Of a DNA stretch of 39,999 nucleotides, positions 1 through 10,924 are shown one piece after another. Both the position numbers and the translations under genes were made by a program. The DNA comes from Macrostomum lignano. Its lineage: Eukaryota. The notes under the pieces were generated by a model that was given only the letters and a program-made list of their open reading frames with translations, was not told the DNA's origin and did no database searches. Where the stretch lies: positions 1 to 39,999 of the forward strand of contig NIVC01004637.1 in assembly GCA_002269645.1 (NCBI GenBank), in the 5' to 3' direction. Position 1 is the stretch's first letter. Each line of letters begins with the position of its first letter.

Positions 1-167
1 GATGCGGAGCGAGAGGACCAGGAGAGGCGGGTGGCGGTGCTGGAGCGAGAGATCGATACGGCCTCCAGGCGGTTGGCCGAGGCGAGCAGCAGCTGGTTGA
101 TACTCAGGATCAGGCTGAGCTCACCGAGACTGAGCGGAACTCCAGGGAGAAGACGAGCAATGAGCAG
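1..167 (+). CDS. Tropomyosin-like coiled-coil gene, internal exon (5' end outside window)
   Basis: Reads DAEREDQERRVAVLEREIDTASRRLAEA, then after an apparent 1-nt frameshift near 85, EQQLVDTQDQAELTETERNSREKTSNEQ. It ends at a phase-0 donor CAG|GTAAGC (168). Confidence 0.65.
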
Positions 168-170
168 GTA

Positions 171-1000
171 AGCGATTCTCTGGGAGAGAGTAGGGCGATT
201 CTCTAGGGGAGATTAGGGCTATTCTTTAGGAGAGATTAGTGCGATTCTCTATGGAAGAGTAGGGCGATTCTCAATGGGAGAGTAGAGGTGATTCTCTATG
301 GAAGAGTAGGGCGCATTCTCAAATGGAGAGTAGGGTGATTCTCTAAGGAAGAGTAGGGCGATTCTCAATGGGAGAGTAGGGTGATTCTCTAAGGAAAGAG
401 TAGGGCGATTCTCAATGGGAGAGTAGGGTGATTCTCTGAGGAAGAGTAGGGCGATTCTCAATGGAGAGTTAGGGTGATTCTCTTAAGGAAGAGTAGGGCG
501 ATTCTCAATGGAGAGTAGGCGGTGATTCTCTAAGGAAGAGTAGGGCGATTCTCAATGGGAGAGTAGGGTGATTCTCTAAGGAAGAGTAGGGCGATTCTCA
601 ATGGGAGAGTAGGGTGATTCTCTAAGGAAGAGTAGGGCGATTCTCTATGGAGAGTAGGGTGATTCTCTATGGTGAGATTAGGGCAATTCTCTAGTGAAGA
701 TTAGGGCGATTATCTAGGGGAGATTAGGCGATTCTCTAGGAGAAATTATGGGTGATTCTCTAGGTGTGATTAGGGTGATTCTTTAAGAGAGATTAGCGGT
801 GATTCTCTAAGTGAGGTTAGGTCTATTCTCTAAGTGAGATTAGGGCGATTCTCTAGGTGAGATTAGGGCGATTCTCTAAGTGAGATTAGGGCGATTCTTT
901 AGGTGAGATTAGGGCGATTCTCTAAGTAAGATTAGGGCAATTATCTAGTGGAGATAAAGGCGATTATCTGGGAGATTAGGGTGATTCTTACCGGGAGTTT
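171..1000. repeat. Intronic minisatellite, ~23-bp unit
   Basis: Repeated GG(G/A)AGAGTAGGG(C/T)GATTCTC(TAA/AAT), drifting to GTGAGATTAGGGCGATTCTCTAA further right. Confidence 0.95.
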
Positions 1001-1834
1001 AGACACCGGTGGGAAAAAATGGTCGCCGCGACGGCTTCTGTTTGTTGCGTTTACGACGGCGGAAACTCCGTTCGAGTGAACGCCGAGTTTCCGTCGCCAC
1101 AACGGTCGCTGCGACGGCGGTCGGAAGACCCATTAGCGACTCTTATATGCGTACGATACTACTTGTATCGTGTAGTAGTGTAGATGGACCATGATATATC
1201 CCACGAATTTTTTTTTTTTCGGAATAAAAAGAAACGAAATATAGATGCAGTCCTTTTCAACAAATAAACATTATGTTGCTATGGGAAATGCTTTTTAGCA
1301 TTATATTTATAGAATTACCTGATTATTCAGTTCCTGCTAGAGAAGAAAAAATTCACCCATAGACATACTTCAAAAAAGTACAATAATATCAAACTGTTGT
1401 TTATTAAGCATACACGAAGCGTACAAGAAAGCAATCGTTCACAATATTAAGTACAATAAAGTACAATAAGGTATAAATGGCCTATAGGGTCCATTGTACC
1501 CCACAGACAAATAAGCAGTCATCAATAGAAATATGGCGTGCATTAGCTAACTAATTTTCTGATTATGAACATTGAGCAACTACTCCAGATCAGAGCAGTA
1601 CTCGAGTTCGAGCTCTTGCTCAACTCAGAGTTTGAGGTGAAACTTGCCAGTTATTGCTCACTTTATTCATACGGCCAAATGACTAATTCAATGGGCTTTC
1701 TATGCACATAAAGTAATAACACTGTTATGTACAGAAGCTGCAATAATAGTCGATTTATGGGGTCAAAAAACTCATTATTTTTTAAACGTTTGGGGTTTAG
1801 AGTAAAAGATCAGCTGTATCATTTAACATATAAG

Positions 1835-2720
1835 GACACCTAATTTAGCGCCCCAAGGACATCTAGTTTGATCCCTAAGGACACCTAATTTATCGCCCAA
1901 GTACATCTAGTTTATCGCCCCAAGGACACCTAATTTAGCGCCCCAAGGACATCTAGTTTGATCCCCTAAGGACACCTAATTTATCGCCCCAAGTACATCT
2001 AGTTTAGCGTCCCAAGGACACCTAATTTATCGCCCCAAGGACACCTAATTTAGTGCCCCAAGGACATCTAGTTTAACGCCCCAAGGACACCTAATTTAGC
2101 GCCTCAAGGACATCTAGTTTAGCGTCCCAAGGACACCTAATTTATCGCCCAAGGACACCTAATTTAGCGCCCCAAGGACATCTAGTTTAGCGTCCCAAGG
2201 ACACCTAATTTATCGCCCCAAGGACACCTAGTTTAGCGTCCCAAGGACACCTAATTTATCGCCCCAAGGACACCTAGTTTAGCGTCCCAAGGACACCTAA
2301 TTTATCGCCCCAAGAACACCTAGTTTAGCGTCCCAAGAACATCTAGTTTGACCCCCTAAGGACACCTAATTTATCGCCCCAAGGACACCTAATTTAGCGC
2401 CCCAAGGACATCTAGTTTAGCGTCCCAAGGACACCTAATTTATCACCCCAAGGACACCTAATTTATCGCCCCAAAACATCTAGTTTGACCCCTAAGGACA
2501 CCTAATTTATCGCCCAAGGACACCTAATTTAGCGCCTCAAGGACATCTAGTTTAGCGTCCCAAGGACACCTAATTTATCGCCCCAAGGACACCTAGTTTA
2601 GCGTCCCAAGGACACCTAATTTATCGCCCCAAGGACACCTAGTTTAGCGTCCCAAGGACACCTAATTTATCGCCCCAAGAACACCTAGTTTAGCGTCCCA
2701 AGTACATCTAGTTTGACCCC
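1835..2720. repeat. Minisatellite, ~23-bp unit
   Basis: Tandem CCCCAAGGACACCTAATTTATCG / TCCCAAGGACACCTAGTTTAGCG variants. Confidence 0.95.
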
Positions 2721-3341
2721 CACAGAGAATCGCTCGCTGTGAGAAGCGCCAATTGACAACTGCTTTCAGAAATTTTTCTTTGAGACTCACTGTATGAGAA
2801 TCTCTTTCATGCGAGAATTGTCCCTTGCGAAGAACCTTGCAAAAATCGATTCGCAGAGACCCTAACCTGACGTTTTAATAACTCAAATCTCCAATCCATA
2901 GGCGCGTATGGTAATTATAAAGCTTCCTCTCTGGCTCAATGGCCTCCATAAAATTTAGAAAATGCTGTGGAAAAATTTCGGCATGCAGTTGGCTTTTGCG
3001 AATTTTCTTCTTGATGAATAGCTATTTGCATATGCCATTTTCTAACGCCCTATAAAACACATTTTACAATCGGCTTTCGCGTGGCTATATCTGAGAATAA
3101 ACATATTTTCAAGACAGCTAATTATGGAGGTGGGAACAGTAAAATGGGGCATCTTTGTGAGAAGGGCAACTGAACCACAAAAGGGAAATTCTTAGCTTAC
3201 TATATGCACCTAAAAATGAGGCATAGAAATGAGATTTTGAGATTGGGGGATTTTTGCGTCACCGATTGTCGGGGATTTTCCGGAGAATTCCCAGGGGGGC
3301 TTTGTTTTGACGGGAGGGTGATAGTTGTGCACATATGATGG

Positions 3342-5842
3342 TTAAGGCGATGGAGACTCGTCAGATAAGTCCTGCGAATCAGGATAGTGCCGCTTTCCGC
3401 TGCCCTGCTCGGGTGCACTTGGGCGCTTCTTCGCCTTCTTGCGCAGGTTGTCCCCCGCATGCTTAAGAGCCGAGATGACGTGTTTTTCTACATCTCGCTC
3501 AGATGGCCTCTCATGAGGCTTGTCGTCTTTGTACATCGTGGAAACGGCTCCTGGAATTGGATTGGTGGTTTTATTCTGTCAAATTTATTCTACTCTATGC
3601 TCCATAGTCCCTACTTTAAGTAGACATTATTCACTTGAATTTGTCTAAATGTTTCATTCTGAACCAGTTTCATTGAAGAAACTATACTATAAAATTAGGC
3701 AAAATGATTCTGATTCTAGATTTACAATTACACACTTTCGGATTTCTGTAAACTTACGCTTCAGAAGAGGAAGCAGTGTTGTCTGGAAGCCAAGGCTGTC
3801 ATCTGTTCCCGCGCCGCCGGACCTCTCGGCCAAGCCTCGACCGCAATAGTTTAGCTGGGCCATCATTTCAGGGGTGATACACTTTAGCAGCATCCGTCGG
3901 ATGGTGCTCGCAACACTGTCACCCGGCAGCGTGCCAGTTGCGTGCGCAGAACTTTCTGTGCCTCCTTATCTGATGCCAGCTTTAGATAGCCCGCCCACGA
4001 AGCAGCTGGTTGCCATTCAGCTTCGGGCAGCTCGATGATAGTGCCGCCAACAGTCGAGTTGCCCTGCCTGTTGAGGGCCGCCAGAATCTCCCGCTGCTGC
4101 TGTTGTATTGTTGCGTCTCGCTGCTCTTGGAGCTGCTGGCCGCGCAACACCAGCAACATCAGCTGCGAGATACCCTTCAGACTCGCCAAGTCACCGAACT
4201 TGGCTGTTAAGTCCATCATCAGCCTGCGAGCGGCTTGGTTCTCCAGTTGTAGGCCCACGCTTTCCCTGTTGCGGCTCTGGGTGCTTGAGCTAGCAGCTGT
4301 GATAGCAGCAGCAGCAGCAGCAGCAGTGAAACTCTGGTCATGTTGAGGCCCTGGTGTCGATGTAGCCGTAGCGGTATCTGTTGGCTGAATAGAATAGGGG
4401 TGGGGGACAAATCATTACACTCATTACTCCGGATCTGCGAATACATTTATGTCATTTTCTTGTATAAAGCATATACACCTTATACTTTCATAGTCTCGAA
4501 TTCGTACTTAAAATTTAATGCGAACATAGCATAGCATTTATCAATCACAATTACTAATCTTGCACACTCATTTATTTATTACTTTGAAGTTGCTGCTGTC
4601 GAGACTATAGTGACTAAAATGATGTGCAAAGATGACCAGGGGACCGGATTAACCTTTCCCAAGAATTAAACATGTCAATGTCAAGGCGCTCACTATAGTA
4701 TAAATATACCGTACCCACGGCCAAGCGCCTGAGCGTTATAAATATTTTGTTGTACTTTTTATTTGCGACTCAGTTGTCATGATTTACCATAGAAAATTTC
4801 CTTTTACAGTTCTTTCTCGCAGTTAAGTTTCTCGCTTCATATCTTCTCATCGTTTAACTCATAATATATATACTTGAATTCAGCCCAAGTTGACCTATAA
4901 TTTCACTACAGCGTAAATCTAAAAATTGGTCTGCCATGACATTTTCATCGTCAGGTAGTGAGACACAAGGTGTGCTATGCTTACCCGCACCGAACGATGC
5001 AAATCCGACGGAGAAGCGGCTGCTGCTGAAGGTGAAGCTCGGTTCTGCATGGGTAGTAGTTGAGCCGCCTCCATACTCGGCTTAGGTACCACAGAAGCTC
5101 CATGTGGATGGCTCGCGGATGCTGCTGGCTGCCCGGAACCGACATCAGCCTCTGAATCCATCGTGCCATGATCCGATTGGAGTGCCTGCACAGATAGATC
5201 GCATAGTATGGGAATGGATTATATAGTTTATCCAGGTGTATGATTATTTCAAAGCCCGAAATTATCTCACGTTATGCTTAGACTATAACGACGCAACAGT
5301 GAAGGGAAAGGCCCGAATTATACTCATTTTTCTAAGCTAGCAGAATTATATTTTACCTGATGGCTTGTGGATAACTCCGTTAAAGCAGCCCTTGGCCTTA
5401 GCTTAGAGTTTATTCTTAGAAACGTACAACAAAAATAGGAGTAAAATCATTCTCCTTCCCTGTCCGCAACCGTTGTTTTTACCCATAATCCGCTCATTCC
5501 TTTCCACTCTGCCCTCCGACCACTCCCACACTTCCATTTGTATTTCTAAGAACGAATTCTTTCTACTGCACTGCAAAAAGACAGTCAAAAAGCTTTTTCG
5601 ACGGCGTGATTTTTGGCTCCTGTTCTGATCGATAGACACCTGGTTTCTTAATAATTTAGTTTGGTAAATTATCTTTTACATACCTGCACGGGCTTCAGCA
5701 GCAGCCGCTTCTTCACTCCGGGACAAATAACGCGTGGCGAAACCTGAAGGAACATTCGCTTCGGGCGAAAGTCTTTTTCAAGCCGGCACCTGCGGCAGTA
5801 CTGTATGACTCTTGTAAGATCATACCCGTCATCAAGCGATAC
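3342..5842 (-). CDS. Spliced DUF4806/BEN-like transposon accessory gene with one frameshift near 3920; exons 4985-5184, 3758-4384, 3342-3550 and possibly 5684-5842
   Basis: GT-AG junctions join in phase (VR|PTDT, LKR|AVSTMYKDD). The C-terminus G-DSVASTIRRMLLKCITPEMMAQLNYCGRG...GFQ...ERDVEKHVISALKHAGD resembles DUF4806. Confidence 0.6.
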
Positions 5843-6873
5843 CTGAGAAGTAAGGATTGGGTGTAAATCTAAATTGTATGGTATAAGTCGTCCCCGACTC
5901 CATTTTATTTGTATGCATTATATAGATGAAGGTAGCAGGCTGCAGGTCTTGATAAAGTGCGGACGGTTTTTATATTTTACGGAATACCTGCGGAATGGTG
6001 TAAAATATTTATGATGCGGACATTGTTTTGGCTCCAATGGCTTCCTCATCAAACGATGCAATATTTCCCCGCATTCAGCTACATGCTATACCATCGTGGC
6101 CCTTGTTATATGCACTTTTCAATTTCCGAAAAATGTGCACTGCTCTATTTCCAGTAGTGTAGTCGGGCATAGGAATCATAACAATCAAAGTGGAAAAACT
6201 GGTAGAAATTTCTGCTTCTTGACACGGTACGGTGGACTCAATTTAAACATTGTTATTGCCTAAAGAGTCTGTTGTGGCAGTAACAGGCTTTGAAAGCCCA
6301 GGAAAAGCAATTATATTAAGGAATTTATTCTATTCCGCATTCCGGTTCCGCAGTTTATAAAGAGCCGCAGGCTGCAGCTGACCAAACAATAGAAATAAGA
6401 TAAAAAAGTCCATATCATTTGCTTACCAATATAACTGTTGCTTCGTAGAAGGCGTCTCCGTAGATGGCGCTGCAACGGATCCGCTCCGTCTCATGATCAT
6501 CACTTTGAGCAAAGCCTATCCAGTCATTGTGACTGTCAAACGTAGCGAATCGCCCTTGAAGCCTTATTTGTTCAAAGGTACTTCAACTACTTCCAGGTCG
6601 CAACTAAAAATTACTACGAAGCGCATTGCCATATACGAGCGTACTAGAGCTGAGAGATAACTACAGAAACGATCAGATAGATATGTCAGATGCTCATAGG
6701 AATTGTTCTACGAAGTGAATAGTATCTGACTCAGAAAGTCGTAGTCTGTTCTTAAATGCCACTTAATTCTTTTGTGAACCAATGAGAAAGCTACTGCTCT
6801 TTTTATCCTCTCTCTCGTTTGCATTCTTTTAGTCCTCATGTTCAGCGACAGCCAATGGGAGATCTTAGTGCAT

Positions 6874-6880
<7 letters not shown>

Positions 6881-6918
<38 letters not shown>

Positions 6919-7247
6919 TCTGTCTTCGTCTGTTTGATTAGACTTCAGGTTTCTATATTATTGCCTATATTTTAGAGAAGGGGACAGAATATAGAATTTT
7001 GCACCCAGTTTATAATTGTGTCTCTGTCTCTCTGTGGGGCTCTGGGGGCTTCCCCTACTTTTCCTCTCCTCTCCTTTACCCCTTTCTCTCCCTGTCTCTC
7101 TCTCCCTCCCTCTCTCACCCTCTCACAGTCTTCCTCTCAGTCTCACTCACTTTATCTCCTCCTCTCCGTCTCTCCCTCATCCCTATCTCTCTCTCCCTCT
7201 GTATGTGTCTCTGTCTCTTCTCTCTGTCCCCTCTCTTTTCTCTCTCC

Positions 7248-7289
<42 letters not shown>

Positions 7290-7328
7290 TGTATGTGTCT
7301 CTGTCTCTTCTCTCTGTCCCCTCTCTTT

Positions 7329-7419
<91 letters not shown>

Positions 7420-7490
7420 ATCCCTCATCCTCTCTCTCCCTCTGTGTGTCTGTCTCTCTCTTCCCACCTCTCTCTCTCTTTCTCTCTGTT
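6881..7490. repeat. (CT)n microsatellites and CT-rich low-complexity tract with an internal duplication
   Basis: (CT)n at ~6881-6915 and ~7330-7415. The block CTCTGTATGTGTCTCTGTCTCTTCTCTCTGTCCCCTCTCTTTTCTCTCTCC occurs twice (~7197 and ~7287). Confidence 0.95.
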
Positions 7491-8179
7491 ATCTTGCCTA
7501 TGAGATACATTGTGATGGTGGGTAGGAGGGTATGCTGTGCTATGTGGCGCCACTCTGTCTGTAACGATGAGACTTTATCGGTACACCCACATTCCGGCTG
7601 GCCATGAATATGGAACTGAGTGTTCGCAAAAAGGCCCTCAAACCCCCACTACCCCTATCTTTTACATTTCTAAGTTTGAAAATCGGAAATGAAGAGCGTG
7701 GGAAAATTACTTGAATTGGCTTAGAATGTTAAGATTTAGTATATTTGGATTGCTCTTTGTTTGCCGGGGCTTCAGCCATAGAATTCTAGATAACTAACTG
7801 GAAGCGAAGGCTTTTTTGGGGGGCGGACACAACCGGGCCGAGTGGGAGCCTGCATGTTTTCTGGCTGCCTTATTCAACACTAATGTTTTCACTAATAATT
7901 GGCTGCTGTTATTAAGAGTAACATTTAATTCTTTAAGTTTATTTTTTTAATTAACAAGTCAGTGCTTATTAAGAGTCACTAAAGGTATTTGTGACATATC
8001 TTAACAAAACTAATATTTTTGCAAAGCCGCAAAGTAAACACATAGGATCAGTAAAAAATCATAGTATGAACATAAATTAGCTGCTTAATCTAATCTATGA
8101 AGAAGATGCATCGCGGTACCATCGCCACTGCATCGCGGTACTTTCCGGCGATCGATTTCACCTGATGCATCGCGGTCAA

Positions 8180-9010
8180 ACTCGACGATTTCGTCGAGTC
8201 TCTTCCTGCCGACCGTCGAACGCGCCCAGCGCCAGCTGGACCAGCTTGTGAGCGTTGCTGCAAGCGTCGGCCTGGGGGTCAACACGCAGAAGACCGTCGT
8301 GCTTCGAATACCGAGACGCTGACAGGCAGGTGTCGAAGCTTCCGCACTGTCAGCAGTTCGTCTGCCTCGGCGGTCTGCAGACCATGGTGCTTGATGTTCC
8401 AGAGGACCTAGCACGTCGCCGTGGACTTGCTTGGGTTGCCTTCCGTTTCGTGAGGGCTGTCCTGCAGTCCGAGGCCCTGCCTGACGGCCAGAGGGCGGCG
8501 TTGTTCAAGGCGGTGATCGAGACCGTCCTGTTGTACAACACCGAGACCTGGACACTGACGGATTCGCTCGAACAGCAGGTCAATGCGGCGCACGCTGGCC
8601 TGTCTTTAAGATCGGCTGCGAGCACGTCACCAATGCGGGCTCTATCGCCGCACTGGCCTGTCCCTTCCCAGCAAACTTTTGCGCCGTCCACGACTCCAGC
8701 TGGCAGGCCACATCATCCGAGCCGAGTCCTAAAGTCCACAGCCGGTGCAGGAAGTGCTGCTGCTGTCGCTGCAGGCACCCTACCGGCGGGGACAGGCGCG
8801 CAGTCTGTGTTTCGTCGACTTGCCGGCTAATGCCGGCGCCCCGGACTCTGCCGGCGGTGCGGCCGGCGGTTCGCGCCCAGGCCCTGAAACGTGTGACGTT
8901 GTCCTTGTCTCTCATGACCATGACTCGCTGGAATGGCTGACAGCGCATTTTGTTGTTGTATGGAGGGCACACCGGCACACCATCATTCCTTATTCAGAGT
9001 GTCGCTGTTT
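8180..9010 (+). mobile_element. Decayed non-LTR retrotransposon fragment (RTE-like RT C-terminal region), 5'-truncated
   Basis: ALFKAVIETVLLYNTETWTLTDSLEQQVNAAH matches the LLY(G)xETWTL motif found downstream of LINE RT domains. The region is frameshifted. Confidence 0.7.
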
Positions 9011-9029
9011 CTCCTGCGCTCACTAAGAA

Positions 9030-9275
9030 TCCTTGTGACGTTGTGTGAAAATCGGTGGCAATAAAGTGCAACAGTTGAGATTCTGTCCTGGGTTGGTAGT
9101 TTACCCTTCGAATTCGTTGCGACCACTCTTCAAATAGTTGAAAATCATGCAAAGGAAGCACATGAGAAAATATTCTGCTTTCTGCTCCTGAAGATTGAAC
9201 CGCTGGATTTTTATTTGTAGTTGCATATCCAGATCCAGACCTGTAGTTGTAAGCTGCGTATTTATAAACAATTCT
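9030..9275 (-). pseudogene. Degenerate THAP zinc-finger domain
   Basis: VYKYAAYNYRSG...FSHVLPLHD..LFEEWSQRIRRVNYQPRTESQLLHFIATDF has THAP spacing (C-x4-C ... P ... W ... HF). The N-terminal Cys positions read Tyr and the CS before HF is missing. Confidence 0.55.
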
Positions 9276-9997
9276 TTTTCTCTGACTCTGATATAGCATG
9301 CATCATATCGAATCTTTATAAATTTTTCATTTAGGGTGAAGTGGAGAAGGCATCCTCAAAAGCATGCGAGCAAATGTACACCCAATGTGCATGCGTTCAG
9401 CTTTCAAGTGGGGGGCCTGTTACCCCGTGTGCATCACAGACAAAAAAACAGCACTGATTTACCGGGGATCTTCCTTCCCCTCCGAAGGGTTTTTCTCCTG
9501 TCTAGGACAAAAAAACTTCCAAGCCTTGTGAAGAGCCTGCCCACCTCAAACCCCGCTTAGTCAGTGGGACTGAGATAGGGCAGGGAATACTCTACATACT
9601 CTCATACTCTATGTAGAGTATTCCCTGGATAGGGAAAGGCAGGCCGTTTAAACAAGCTAAAATGACTCGGCCCGGTTGTGTCCGCTTTCGACCACGAAAA
9701 AGTGAGCCTTCTCTTCCAGTTAGTTATCTAGAATTCTATGCTTCAGCACACACCCTCCATCTTGCACCCTGCCTTTTCCGGATCCACCAAAATACGCAAC
9801 AGACTGAGTGTTGTGATCTGTACCCTGGCCCCTCCCCTTCCTTTGATGCAGGCTCCTGCTTGATTTCCCTGCTTGATTAGTTGCTAAAATGCTATTGCTA
9901 AAATTTGTGATTCAAAGGTAACGATAAAAATAAATTCTAAAAAAAACATTTGTATTTGTATTTACTAATACAGCTTTACAGCTATTTGTATTCATTT

Positions 9998-10924
9998 CTC
10001 CGCCTTCGAGTATCTGGAAAGCTGATTAGGCTAGAGATCCGATTCTTTCTGCAAAAGACACCGACTGGGGTGCTCTAATTATCTGTAGAGTCTCATATCT
10101 GAATCTACAGATACAGCTTGGCAGTTGCTGATTGATTTTTTTGGCTTTCCCTATTAAAATACATTAGAATTTCTAGGAATCTCCGCTTTTGAATATCTGG
10201 AAAGCTGATTAGGCTAGAGATCCGATTCTTTCTGCAAAAGACACCGACTGGGGTGCTCTAATTATCTGTAGAGTCTCATATCTGAATCTACAGATACAGC
10301 TTGGCAGTTGCTGATTGATTTTTTTGGCTTTCCCTATTAAAATACATTAGAATTTCTAGGAATCTCCGCTTTTGAATATCTGGAAAGCTGATTAGGCTAG
10401 AGATCCGATTCTTTCTGCAAAAGACACCGACTGGGGTGCTCTAATTATCTGTAGAGTCTCATATCTGAATCTACAGATACAGCTTGGCAGTTGCTGATTG
10501 ATTTTTTTGGCTTTCCCTATTAAAATACATTAGAATTTCTAGGAATCTCCGCTTTTGAATATCTGGAAAGCTGATTAGGCTAGAGATCCGATTCCTTCTG
10601 CAAAAGACACCGACTGGGGTGCTCTAATTATCTGTAGAGTCTCATATCTGAATCTACAGATACAGCTTGGCAGTTGCTGATTGATTTTTTTGGCTTTCCC
10701 TATTAAAATACATTAGAATTTCTAGGAATCTCCGCTTTTGAATATCTGGAAAGCTGATTAGGCTAGAGATCCGATTCTTTCTGCAAAAGACACCGACTGG
10801 GGTGCTCTAATTATCTGTAGAGTCTCATATCTGAATCTACAGATACAGCTTGGCAGTTGCTGATTGATTTTTTTGGCTTTCCCTATTAAAATACATTAGA
10901 ATTTCTAGGAATCTCCGCTTTTGA
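9998..10924. repeat. Tandem array, five near-identical 183-bp units
   Basis: TATCTGGAAAGCTGATTAGG recurs at 10011, 10194, 10377, 10560 and 10743, an exact 183-bp period. Confidence 0.97.

Noticed and set aside
1835-2720. CRISPR-like or iteron array
   Set aside because: These are simple head-to-tail 23-bp minisatellite variants without spacers.
6999-7607. Long ORFs (202, 169, 161 and 94 aa)
   Set aside because: They are artefacts of (CT)n/(GA)n sequence (LSLSLS, ERERER).
8100-8175. Three TGCATCGCGGT motifs as a regulatory array
   Set aside because: They are too short and irregular, and are most likely the remnant of a TE end at the LINE junction.
9998-10924. CRISPR-like array
   Set aside because: The units are contiguous and identical with no unique spacers, there are no cas genes, and the context is eukaryotic.
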